Shown: positions 8,912-17,173 of the stretch, piece by piece | Numbering within the stretch: position 1 is the stretch's first letter | Layout of the letters: every line of letters starts with the position of its first letter | Source: a virus | IMG/VR virus record: IMGVR_UViG_3300001305_000002 | Coordinates: 1 to 29,339 of that record | Direction: 5' to 3' (one strand) | DNA length: 29,339 nt | Program-made: the position numbers and the translations under genes | Notes under the pieces: generated by a model | The model's database searches: none | The model's input: the letters and a program-made list of their open reading frames with translations, nothing else | What the model was told of the DNA's origin: nothing

Positions 8912-8965
8912 AATGTTTATTCCTTAAGTTAAGAGTTGCTCGTTTCTTATGTGAGCATTTCTACA

Positions 8966-8994
8966 AGTCTAGCACACAGGTACGACATTGTCAC
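8966..8994 (-). promoter_or_regulatory. Housekeeping-sigma (sigma70/HrdB-like) promoter
   Basis: GTGACA-N17-TAGACT with an extended -10 TG, just after a terminator and upstream of the phosphoesterase. Confidence 0.65.
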
Positions 8995-9003
8995 CCGCAC
9001 AGC

Positions 9004-9040
9004 AAAATAGACTAGCTCCCGAAGGATGCTAGTCTATTTT
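9004..9040 (-). terminator. Intrinsic terminator (copy 2 of a duplicated hairpin)
   Basis: AAAATAGACTAGC-A-TCC-TTCG-GGA-GCTAGTCTATTTT with a cUUCGg tetraloop. Confidence 0.8.
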
Positions 9041-9083
9041 TATCAGTTGTTCAGGTCTAAGTCAAATCGGACATTATATGACA

Positions 9084-9338
9084 TTAGTTTTTCATAATAG
9101 TCTTATTTTCGTGAGATTGTAACACAGCCCAAAGTAATCCTGCGGCTGCCCTTACTGCTGTTTCTTCATCAACTTTCCCTGTCGCAATATCCATGTTGTT
9201 TATAGCGTAGCGTATTTCAGACTCTAAAACTTTATGTTTTGGTGCTGCGTGTGCCCAATCATTAATTTGATAAAATAGGTTAGAAAGCATATCAGTAATT
9301 CTTACGAAATCTGGACTTTCTTCTGGTTCACGATACAT
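9084..9338 (-). CDS. Hypothetical helical protein
   Basis: 84 aa, SD GGAG, overlaps the endonuclease stop. Confidence 0.65.
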   Translation of the reverse strand: MYREPEESPDFVRITDMLSNLFYQINDWAHAAPKHKVLESEIRYAINNMDIATGKVDEETAVRAAAGLLWAVLQSHENKTIMKN

Positions 9339-10092
9339 AATTCTCCAAAGGTCTATTGTTAATGTACTGATTTAAGTTGAACTTCTCAACTAGCGTAGGC
9401 TTACATTCTAGCTTACCTAGCGAGGTATTGCAATCAGTACATAGTAATCCACGAATGCATTTACCACAAGAATTATTTCCTGGGCAGCAACGACGGTCAT
9501 GATCAATTGCCAGATTCATAACTAATCCTGTTCGAGGATCGATTCTTGTTTCGAGCTGTTCGCAAAGAAAACATTTGGAATCTTGTGTTTTTAACAGCCA
9601 AGCATACTGCTCAAGAGTCAAGTTAAAATATTTTTTTAGCTTAAAAACTCTATTAGTAAGTCTAAGTTTTTCTTTGTTAGCATCTACATATTTTTTCGTT
9701 GATGCCAGCCTTCTTTCAGCACGCTCCTGCTCATCCAGTGCCGAAGGCTTATGCACAACAGCGCCCATACGTTCACGTCTAGTTAAATGACGACATACCT
9801 TGCAGCGAGGATCTTTACCACAAGGAGTTTCTTTATTATTAGGAAACTCATCAATAGGCTTCATTCTCTGACAACCTGTGCAGCGGTGCTGGGAGCCATC
9901 ACACTCAAGCATTGAATGCCGAGGCGTACTCTTACGCTGCCAATCAGGGCCACGTTCTTTTTCTCGCTGTTTAGCCATTCTAGCATTATTGTATTCACGC
10001 ATACATGGCGTACACTTAAAGTTTACATTTCCCCATTTTTTCTCAGTACCCTCGGGGATTTCTTTGTTGCAAGTAAAACACGTATAAAGCAA
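9328..10092 (-). CDS. Endonuclease VII-family (His-Me finger) nuclease with N-terminal CxxC fingers, probably a free-standing homing endonuclease
   Basis: QDSKCFLC...IDHDRRCC...IRGLLCTDCNTSLG; CFTC, CTPC, CTGC and CKVC pairs upstream. Start moved to TTG 10092 (SD GGAG) because 10122 lies inside the terminator. Confidence 0.85.
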   Translation of the reverse strand: MLYTCFTCNKEIPEGTEKKWGNVNFKCTPCMREYNNARMAKQREKERGPDWQRKSTPRHSMLECDGSQHRCTGCQRMKPIDEFPNNKETPCGKDPRCKVCRHLTRRERMGAVVHKPSALDEQERAERRLASTKKYVDANKEKLRLTNRVFKLKKYFNLTLEQYAWLLKTQDSKCFLCEQLETRIDPRTGLVMNLAIDHDRRCCPGNNSCGKCIRGLLCTDCNTSLGKLECKPTLVEKFNLNQYINNRPLENYVS

Positions 10093-10104
10093 TTTAACTC
10101 CAAT

Positions 10105-10147
10105 AAAAAAATAGACTAGCACCCCGATTGAGGCACTAGTCTATTTT
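10105..10147 (-). terminator. Capsid gene terminator (copy 1 of the duplicated hairpin)
   Basis: AAAATAGACTAGTGCCTC-AATC-GGGGTGCTAGTCTATTTTTTT. Confidence 0.85.
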
Positions 10148-10195
10148 ATCAGCTCTAGGCTATATCCGCAACTACCCAGAACAGTTTGTCATACT

Positions 10196-11194
10196 TTAGG
10201 GAGTGAGGTCTGCAATTACAAATTGCTCAGGGCGAGTTACGATAGGTAGGAAGTTGTACTCAATAAGAACCTGACGACCTGATGGGTCTGGCTCGAACCA
10301 GCTCTTAGTGTAACGACCAATGAATCCATTAGGTGCTGAGAAGTCCGCAGTTGGTCCTTCTACTAGCTCTACTGGGCGGTTGGCATCAAAATTACCTAGA
10401 AGCAGAGTATCATCTGAAAGGTAACCAACTTCATCACCGTTATCAGTTTCGTATACATGCTCAACAGCAGTCCAGTCCATTCCGAGGAATCCTGGCATAG
10501 TTCCAGTTGAGTAGTACTGATCACGCATTCTGTCAGAAAGTAGGTATCCAGGTGTTGAACCGTTAGATACGAATGAGTGAATAATACGGTCAAGTGTATT
10601 CTGAGTAGCATAAGCCTTATTTGCAGCTACGCGGCCGTGGTTAAGAACTAGTTTCTTCCATGCGTTGATGTTGTCAACAATCTGAACAGGTGTAGCAGTT
10701 GCCCAAGATACGGCAGCAGTTACTTTATGATCTGCTGGCATCTTGTAGTCTACAGTAGCCTGTACATCTGGGAAGTCAAGTACTAGGTTTCCACCTAGAG
10801 CCTTCCACAGAGTATATTCAACAAAAGCATCGATACGTGCGTTAAGGTCCTGAAGTTCACGTACTACTTCACGCTCTGCGTTCTGAAGTCCAGTAGGAGT
10901 ACCTACTTGACGTAGCCACATAAGAGTAGTAGGTTCGAAAACCTTCTTCTCACGAACGTATAGTAGGCTAGCAGTTGCCTGCTCGCGTCCTAGACGACCT
11001 ACGATGTGGGCTTCAGAGTTAGGAACGTTAGGCTTTGCCATCTGGCGTGAACCACGAATAATATCCCAAGTGAAAGTCTGAGTAGGTGACTGACGCTTTG
11101 GAGTGCTGTTCATCAGAATCATATTCTGAGCGGTTGGGAGCTTTTCTACTACGCCCAACAGAACCAGCGGTTCTAGTAAGCTAATATCTGGCAC
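10196..11194 (-). CDS. Major capsid protein (lambda gpE-like)
   Basis: About 332 aa with C-terminal W..PDPSG...LP...RP pattern and biased codon use. Start is GTG 11194 behind AAGGAG rather than 11209. Confidence 0.9.
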   Translation of the reverse strand: MPDISLLEPLVLLGVVEKLPTAQNMILMNSTPKRQSPTQTFTWDIIRGSRQMAKPNVPNSEAHIVGRLGREQATASLLYVREKKVFEPTTLMWLRQVGTPTGLQNAEREVVRELQDLNARIDAFVEYTLWKALGGNLVLDFPDVQATVDYKMPADHKVTAAVSWATATPVQIVDNINAWKKLVLNHGRVAANKAYATQNTLDRIIHSFVSNGSTPGYLLSDRMRDQYYSTGTMPGFLGMDWTAVEHVYETDNGDEVGYLSDDTLLLGNFDANRPVELVEGPTADFSAPNGFIGRYTKSWFEPDPSGRQVLIEYNFLPIVTRPEQFVIADLTP

Positions 11195-11328
11195 AAGGAT
11201 CTCCTTCAATAATTAGGGGCAGCAGAAAATTTGCATTCCCGAAAAATTAACTAGCGACCTCTTGAGGCCCGACCTGCACTGCCATTTAAGGCTCAATCCA
11301 GTTGGTCTATTTTTATTGTCTTTTCTCT

Positions 11329-11336
11329 TTATCGGC
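11329..11336 (-). promoter_or_regulatory. GCCGATAA motif upstream of the capsid gene
   Basis: Exact match to the sigma28 -10 octamer, about 135 nt before the start. Confidence 0.7.
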
Positions 11337-11376
11337 ACGTTTCGAAATAATATAGAAAACTATTCTAGTAAATTTG

Positions 11377-12078
11377 TTAGTTATTAAATTTAACTGCTGC
11401 GCGTGGACCTGCTACAGAGCCACCTATAGTTCCGAAAGTTGACGGCAATGCTCCTGATTGTGTAGTAGACGCATAATAAGCATTCTGCTGACCGCTAAAA
11501 AATGTTGATGTTGGAGCAGATGTATTAGTATCTCCTACTTGCTCATGCACACCTAAGGCTGTTCTAAACGTAGGTGTTCCAGAAGAACCACCTTGATAAA
11601 CAAACGTTAAGAAATAACTCCCCGCTGCAAGGAATGTAATACCGCCAGAAGGAGTCCATGTCTTAATACCTACTGTTGCTGCTACTGTTCCATAATCTGC
11701 AATAAGGTTTGTAGGAGAATTCATGTAGTCAGCATAATACAATCCTGCTCTGATGTTTCCTGCTGTTGTAAATGCTGCAACTACTTCCATAGCGATTCCA
11801 CTGATTTCAGCATAACGAGCTAGGTTAATAGGAACAGCATATACACGGTTAACTGTAGGAGTAGCAGTAGAAGATCCCCCACTTGTTGTCATATACCATC
11901 TGTTAGGTGCAAAGTCGTTAAAGCGAGCACCCATAGAAAGAGAAACAGGTGGAGTATCAGGAGTCTGGAATCTTACCTGATCAATAAATGAGTTATACCA
12001 AACTTCAGCTTCAATAGCTGCCGGAGAAGGATCTCCTGGGAATACAGGTAATCTTAATCTGCCTAAATTCTTGGTCAT
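11377..12078 (-). CDS. Putative virion fibre / receptor-binding or accessory structural protein
   Basis: Thr/Ser/Gly-rich beta protein, translationally coupled (ATGA) to the fibre gene. Confidence 0.55.
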   Translation of the reverse strand: MTKNLGRLRLPVFPGDPSPAAIEAEVWYNSFIDQVRFQTPDTPPVSLSMGARFNDFAPNRWYMTTSGGSSTATPTVNRVYAVPINLARYAEISGIAMEVVAAFTTAGNIRAGLYYADYMNSPTNLIADYGTVAATVGIKTWTPSGGITFLAAGSYFLTFVYQGGSSGTPTFRTALGVHEQVGDTNTSAPTSTFFSGQQNAYYASTTQSGALPSTFGTIGGSVAGPRAAVKFNN

Positions 12079-13019
12079 GCCTGCACCACCACACGGTATG
12101 CATTAGATGCAGGAGCCTGAGCAAATGTCAGAGTTAATACTGATGTTGAAGTTGCTACACCATCTACTTCTACGAATTCAAATGTAGTTGAGTCATAGAC
12201 ACTCCAAGTAATATCTCTAGTACCTAATGAGTGTGTTACTGCAATAGATGTAGCGGCAGCATTACCAATAGTTACTGCATACTTTCTTACTACTACAGCA
12301 GTATCAACAGAAAGTGAATCTGCGGCTACAGTAATACCAGCTCCTGCAACGACATCTAATACGCCAGCAGTAAGTGTTAAACCATTACCTGCGGCTGATG
12401 ATGCAATTGCTACACCACCAGAACCTACTGAAATACCAGCACCAGCAGTAACAGATACTCCACCAGCAGCTACAGTAATACCACCATTAGTCAATGGATT
12501 TACTGAGAAAGTATTAGTAGTAAGAGTTAAACCGTTTCCAGCAGAATAAGTAGTACCGCCGCTAGAAGTCTGAGCCCATACTAATGCTGTAGTTCCTACA
12601 ACAATAGGACCATCAGTAGTAATCTGATATGTTGAATTACCGTTAGCTGAACCTTCTGATACGAATACCTGAGTACCAGGCTTTACTTCAACATCAGAAT
12701 CGGCATCAGCAGAACGAGTCAAAGGTGATGCGCTACCGTTGAAGTCATAAATACCATTCTGAGAACCAGTAGACTGATCCTTTAGAAGAACACGATCACC
12801 GTTAGCCAGCGTTACGCCATCAATTGCTGTACCTGGTGATGCTACTGTTACGTTAGTTGTTGAGGCTGCACGAACAGCTTCTTTACGGTTAGTTACACCT
12901 TGAACCAATCTTCGTGCAGACTGAAGGTTGATTGCATCTGTTTCGGCTTGAGGATCAGCAATAGCAATCAATCTCTGATTACCAAAGTTTTTTCCTGTAC
13001 CTAAATATTTTGTAGTCAC
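12075..13019 (-). CDS. Fibre-like virion protein with beta-spiral-type repeats
   Basis: IDGVTL..GDRVLLKDQ....QNGIY domain, five 15-18 aa AGxG[LI]x[VL] repeats, and a C-terminal H[SN]LG domain. Confidence 0.7.
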   Translation of the reverse strand: MTTKYLGTGKNFGNQRLIAIADPQAETDAINLQSARRLVQGVTNRKEAVRAASTTNVTVASPGTAIDGVTLANGDRVLLKDQSTGSQNGIYDFNGSASPLTRSADADSDVEVKPGTQVFVSEGSANGNSTYQITTDGPIVVGTTALVWAQTSSGGTTYSAGNGLTLTTNTFSVNPLTNGGITVAAGGVSVTAGAGISVGSGGVAIASSAAGNGLTLTAGVLDVVAGAGITVAADSLSVDTAVVVRKYAVTIGNAAATSIAVTHSLGTRDITWSVYDSTTFEFVEVDGVATSTSVLTLTFAQAPASNAYRVVVQA

Positions 13020-13345
13020 GCCAATACCGCCTTACCGGATGCTGGAGCTGCAAAAACAACTGTAATTTGATTTAAACTATTATAAAAGACATCGGCTTCG
13101 AACATATTTCCCTCATCATCAATTAATGTAACTTGAGGATACTTGTTTAGGTTATGATCAATAATCCAAGTAGAGGCGACAATACTGTTTCTATCATAGA
13201 TGTAGCCGACATCTATTCCGTGCTCCAGTAAATATTCTTCAATCTGTTCTTGAATAATATCTGGATCTATTTCACCAAACTCATTAATAATTTGAAGAAG
13301 CTTTGCCTGTACTAATAAGGCAGAAGAAGTAGTTAAGTTCAGCAC
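13016..13345 (-). CDS. Small virion-associated protein (HNL domain)
   Basis: WIIDHNLNKYPQVTLID. Start moved to GTG 13345 behind AGGAGG. Confidence 0.6.
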   Translation of the reverse strand: MLNLTTSSALLVQAKLLQIINEFGEIDPDIIQEQIEEYLLEHGIDVGYIYDRNSIVASTWIIDHNLNKYPQVTLIDDEGNMFEADVFYNSLNQITVVFAAPASGKAVLA

Positions 13346-13383
13346 GTCTGACCTCCTATCTAATTTAACAATCGTCAAGATAT

Positions 13384-13419
13384 AGAAAATGGGACACTAT
13401 CAATTGATAGTGTCCCATT
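13384..13419 (-). terminator. Terminator formed by a perfect 32-bp palindrome
   Basis: aatgggacactatcaattgatagtgtcccatt (13388-13419) with TTTTCT on the minus strand, after the decoration gene. Confidence 0.8.
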
Positions 13420-13434
13420 GTTGTTAAACTATGA

Positions 13435-13827
13435 TCAGAGAATGAAAGTTCCCATTGCTGCGCTTGTGCGTGCATTAAGAGCAGTAATAGCATTTGAATC
13501 TGCTCCTGAAACAAGAGAAAGCTTCAGTGCACCTGAAATAACAATGTTACCCTGCTGCTCGCCAGTACGAGTATCTGCTGCACGACGTAATACGCCTACA
13601 GGAGTACCTAGACCGTTAGCGCCACCATTAGTATAAACGTAGTAACGCTTATTGCTAGAATGCTGTGCAATAACAGTTCCTGCTGGAAGGATTCCCTGAT
13701 TGGCTGCTAGAGTAACACCTTTTTGACGCAGGCCAACAGCAGAGTAAAGAATCTCTGTTGGTGCGTAAGAATGTGTAGGGCTAACAAAGCCAGGTGACGG
13801 AATCTTCTCAAAAGAATCGTTCGCCAT
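13435..13827 (-). CDS. Head decoration protein (lambda gpD-like)
   Basis: GVTLAANQGILPAGTVIA and PVGVL motifs; follows the scaffold. Confidence 0.8.
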   Translation of the reverse strand: MANDSFEKIPSPGFVSPTHSYAPTEILYSAVGLRQKGVTLAANQGILPAGTVIAQHSSNKRYYVYTNGGANGLGTPVGVLRRAADTRTGEQQGNIVISGALKLSLVSGADSNAITALNARTSAAMGTFIL

Positions 13828-13856
13828 TTAAATCTACCTTTCCTTTAATTAATTCC

Positions 13857-14363
13857 TCAAGCTAGCTTTGCTAGACGCTCGGCTTCTGCTGTTACATCTA
13901 CTTCAACTTTTTCATCATCTGCTGAAGTTCCTACTTCTTTACCACTAAGATTTACAATAGCCTCAGTTGGTAGAAGTTCTGCGTAAAGATCTTTGTTAGT
14001 TAGGTACAAGGAAATCATTGCCTTTTCCTTGGCTGGTGCGATAAAACCATCACGAACCTTAGTCTTTACTTCAAATGCTGCTTCTGCTTCCCTGCCTGAA
14101 AGTTCTAGCTTCTCAACACGGTTTGAAAGCGTAACATTGTCTTTAGCCAATTCAACTACTGCGCCGACAACCTGCTCAACGTTAGCTGTTGAATCATCAG
14201 AAGAAAGCTTAACTACGCCTGCGTCTGTTAGAGCAGCAACAAGCTTGTTTGAAAGCTCGGCAGCAGGATCAGTTTCAGCAGGCTTGTCTGCCTCAGCCTG
14301 GAGAGCAGCAACATCAATATTGTGCTCAGCCTTCAGAGCTGCGATAAGCTCATCTTTAGTCAT
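13857..14363 (-). CDS. Nested in-frame scaffolding protein (168 aa)
   Basis: Internal AAGGAG-N9-ATG (MTKDELIAALK); GCCGATAA at 14464-14471 upstream. Confidence 0.7.
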   Translation of the reverse strand: MTKDELIAALKAEHNIDVAALQAEADKPAETDPAAELSNKLVAALTDAGVVKLSSDDSTANVEQVVGAVVELAKDNVTLSNRVEKLELSGREAEAAFEVKTKVRDGFIAPAKEKAMISLYLTNKDLYAELLPTEAIVNLSGKEVGTSADDEKVEVDVTAEAERLAKLA

Positions 14364-14993
14364 AGGATTGTTCTCCTTTACTACTGGTTCTTCTTGTGAA
14401 CCTGTATCGATTTCTACATTGTTTTCTGTAGTCGGCTCAGTAAGAAGAACCGCTTCCTCAGAATTATCGGCTGATGCCTTAACAATTTCTTCGTAATCTT
14501 CTAAATTAGTAATGTAAGGTCTATTAGTTACCGCAACATGACAAAGTGTCGGACCAGACTTCTTACCAGTATTAGTATCCTCGTAATCTAGAGAAAGCAT
14601 CGCAGACGCACCAATGTAGGTTTTATCTTTGAATCTTTCTGCATTTCTACGAGCATCGATTACTGCGTATACTTTGTCACCGCTAACTTCAATATCGATT
14701 ACTTCACCAACATTACGATCTGGATCTTCTACATGCTGATTAGAATCATTAGCTAAAGGCACCTGAACAATAGGACATACTTTATTGTCAAAGTTACTTT
14801 TTAGCTTGGTAACAAAATCATCATCTATTTTGATGCGAGACTTTGTTACTGGATGAATTAAATCACCCTTAGTTAAGATATGCTTCCTGAACAAAGTACC
14901 TGAGCTTTTTCGAGAAAGCTCAATGCGAGCTTCATCCATTTCACCGTAGGCTTCAGAATCTTTGCTAGGAATAATAACTAGTTCATTAGTCAC
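13857..14993 (-). CDS. Prohead protease / scaffold (Mu gpI-like)
   Basis: NQH, YIGASAML and GPTLCHVAVTNRPY motifs, then an acidic linker and a helical C-terminal half. Confidence 0.8.
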   Translation of the reverse strand: MTNELVIIPSKDSEAYGEMDEARIELSRKSSGTLFRKHILTKGDLIHPVTKSRIKIDDDFVTKLKSNFDNKVCPIVQVPLANDSNQHVEDPDRNVGEVIDIEVSGDKVYAVIDARRNAERFKDKTYIGASAMLSLDYEDTNTGKKSGPTLCHVAVTNRPYITNLEDYEEIVKASADNSEEAVLLTEPTTENNVEIDTGSQEEPVVKENNPMTKDELIAALKAEHNIDVAALQAEADKPAETDPAAELSNKLVAALTDAGVVKLSSDDSTANVEQVVGAVVELAKDNVTLSNRVEKLELSGREAEAAFEVKTKVRDGFIAPAKEKAMISLYLTNKDLYAELLPTEAIVNLSGKEVGTSADDEKVEVDVTAEAERLAKLA

Positions 14994-14994
14994 T

Positions 14995-15031
14995 ATTACC
15001 TCCTATTTTGCCAACATGGTAATCATCGGCA
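14995..15031 (-). promoter_or_regulatory. GCCGATGA motif with overlapping inverted repeats before the protease gene
   Basis: TGCCGAT/GTTGGCA and ATTACC/GGTAAT pairings; the second covers the end of the SD GGAGGT. Confidence 0.6.
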
Positions 15032-15035
15032 TAAT

Positions 15036-15320
15036 TTAAATTTTACCTAAAAAAGTTGTCATGCCTGTTTCCCAGTGAGTTAAGAAAGCTTTTTCTGTTA
15101 ATCTCTTACTCAACTGACCGTGTTTATTTTCGTAATAAACTGTTCCATCAGAATCGACAATCAAGAATGCCTTAGCAAATCCTTTAGGTCTGCCGTATTT
15201 ACCTGGCTTTAATTTCTTTCCTGCAAATTCTACGAACTCAGGCTCCTTGGCCTCAAAGAGTATTTCTTTATTGCCAAGTTCAACTAGAGAATTTCTTAAT
15301 TCTAAGGTGAACTCATTCAT
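15036..15320 (-). CDS. Small head-associated protein, paralogous to the portal C-terminal domain
   Basis: LIVDSDGTVYYENKHGQLSKR aligns with portal LLVFADGTVQFQFPDGTKSVK. Confidence 0.65.
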   Translation of the reverse strand: MNEFTLELRNSLVELGNKEILFEAKEPEFVEFAGKKLKPGKYGRPKGFAKAFLIVDSDGTVYYENKHGQLSKRLTEKAFLTHWETGMTTFLGKI

Positions 15321-17168
15321 TTATTTTTCTCCGTTTGGTGTAGTTCCCCAACCACGCTTCTGGAATTTCCTCCAGTCGAATTCTCGTTTTACAGACTTAG
15401 TTCCGTCAGGGAATTGGAATTGTACTGTACCGTCAGCAAAGACAAGTAATTTAATACCTTGTGCTTTAGGGTTACCGAGAATTCTTAAAATTCCAGCGCC
15501 ACTAGTAGTCTTTTCTGAATTGACTCCAGGTTCAGACTTCTGCTGACCCTGTGTTCTAGGATCAGATGATTTAGTAATAGTTCCTTCTGCTGGAGCAGGT
15601 GCCTTTGATCTCTTAGTAGTCGCAGGCTTTACTTTATTACCTAATACTGTGCCTATAGGCAAACCATAACGCCTTACACCTTCTTGAGAGTTAACTCGAC
15701 GCTCTCCGGCTAATTCAACTACTGTACGATCATCTTCGGGTTTATTGCCGTATTCAATACCCATAACAAAACCAAAGTCTTCCATGTTAGATAGAGTAAA
15801 TCCTTCAGGTAACAATTCTGTAGGAATAGTATTCTCTGGTGATGGAACTCCTTCTGGAGATAGTTCTCCACCAGCATCTACTGCTTCAGCACTTGCAGCT
15901 AATTCTTCTTCTCGCTCGATAGTGTCATAATCAATTTCAAAACCGAATTCATCAGCCATCTTCTTCTCCGCTTCACGGAAGAATTCCTTAGTGAAGTTTC
16001 CTCCTTGAATCCCAGCTAATGAAGTAAAGACATCCTTGATGGCATCCTTCTGATCATCAGTAAATGCTCCCCAACGAAACTGAGGATATTTGCCTGAATT
16101 GAAGTTCCAGTCAATGAATCTAGGAATGATGTAATGATTAATAATAGATGCGATTTCAGTCATGATTGTCTGAAGCATCATAACGAACAAAGAGTCAGTC
16201 TGCTTACCGAAGTCAACTAAACTTGCGTCTCCACCAGAACCTTGCTGCTCATCAAAGAATGCAGCCAAAATAGATTTTGACATCTGAGAATTGTGATGAT
16301 TAATATAGGACAAGAAATCGAAATTGCCACCTTCTTTAAGAAGATCTACATCATAACCTTCAGGCTTAGTCATCCACTGAGCTACACCTAGATCAGATAA
16401 ACCTTGACGGAATGCGTTTAGTTCATCTGTTGAGTGGTCTTCAGGAACAGTACCTACACGTGTACCTACCGCAGATCTTTGTGCAGCCAAGTGCATAAGG
16501 TAATAAAGTTTAAGTTTCTTGTCATAATGGTAATAAGCACTCTGGAAATAACTTAAACCGTAGAATCTGTTTTCCTCTTCTTGGGCGGCATAATATACAC
16601 AAGAATCTCTAGAAATCTTAACATCAACAAGTTTACCGCCCGGCTTTTGAGTAACTTGTCTAAAACCATCAAAGCTACCATCCTCGGTTACGAGAAATCT
16701 AACAGTATGGGCAGGTAGATAATTTAACTTTCTAAGAATCCATTTACCCTTTAGTGGCCCTGTCTTAGCAAAATCAAATACCATTTCAAACGGTGCGAAG
16801 CCATCAAAGATAGCTTGAAGCATCTGAGCAATAACTCTAGTAAATGGAATACTCATTCCACCGACATTAGGTGGCAGATTAAACAATTGATCAATAAAGT
16901 CAGCTTCGTCTTGCCCGCCTTCTAGATTAGAAGCAGGTACGAATGTCGCAGTCTGCAATGCTGCTCGAATAGGCAAAGTAATAAGACGGTACAATGCACG
17001 AGCCTGCCCGTCTGTCTGCCTCATTCTGACAAGTTGATCTATAGTTACGTCTGCTCTCTTTTGAACAAGGTGAGAACCCTGATAAGGTTCAGTGAATGGC
17101 ATATAATCACTAAAGCCTCGCTCTACGAGAGGGCGAGGCTTAGGTGTTGCCATGTTGTCTTTAGCCAT
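15321..17168 (-). CDS. Portal protein (Mu gp29/DUF935-like) with a C-terminal extension
   Basis: Follows TerL. DGFAPFEMV, YGLS and YINHHNSQMSKSIL motifs; roughly 190 extra residues after the portal core. Confidence 0.88.
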   Translation of the reverse strand: MAKDNMATPKPRPLVERGFSDYMPFTEPYQGSHLVQKRADVTIDQLVRMRQTDGQARALYRLITLPIRAALQTATFVPASNLEGGQDEADFIDQLFNLPPNVGGMSIPFTRVIAQMLQAIFDGFAPFEMVFDFAKTGPLKGKWILRKLNYLPAHTVRFLVTEDGSFDGFRQVTQKPGGKLVDVKISRDSCVYYAAQEEENRFYGLSYFQSAYYHYDKKLKLYYLMHLAAQRSAVGTRVGTVPEDHSTDELNAFRQGLSDLGVAQWMTKPEGYDVDLLKEGGNFDFLSYINHHNSQMSKSILAAFFDEQQGSGGDASLVDFGKQTDSLFVMMLQTIMTEIASIINHYIIPRFIDWNFNSGKYPQFRWGAFTDDQKDAIKDVFTSLAGIQGGNFTKEFFREAEKKMADEFGFEIDYDTIEREEELAASAEAVDAGGELSPEGVPSPENTIPTELLPEGFTLSNMEDFGFVMGIEYGNKPEDDRTVVELAGERRVNSQEGVRRYGLPIGTVLGNKVKPATTKRSKAPAPAEGTITKSSDPRTQGQQKSEPGVNSEKTTSGAGILRILGNPKAQGIKLLVFADGTVQFQFPDGTKSVKREFDWRKFQKRGWGTTPNGEK

Positions 17169-17173
17169 GTATT

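Noticed and set aside
9058-9078. IMSDLT-stop before the second terminator as a relic of the capsid C-terminus (VIADLTP-stop)
   Set aside because: Only three identical residues with different codons, too short to distinguish from chance. It also makes the CCGAT copy at 9066 ambiguous.
11195-11328. Known riboswitch or self-cleaving ribozyme in the capsid leader
   Set aside because: No hammerhead core or c-di-GMP/c-di-AMP consensus recognised; kept only as an unclassified structured leader.
11337-11360. A canonical sigma28 -35 element (TAAA) upstream of the CCGAT motifs
   Set aside because: Checked 15-17 nt upstream of several copies and found no shared tetramer, so a full FliA consensus promoter is not claimed.
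15318-15323. In-frame TAA-ATG between the portal and the next gene as stop-codon read-through or a split gene
   Set aside because: The downstream gene has its own SD (GGAG), and TAA is used as a normal stop throughout; no sign of recoding.
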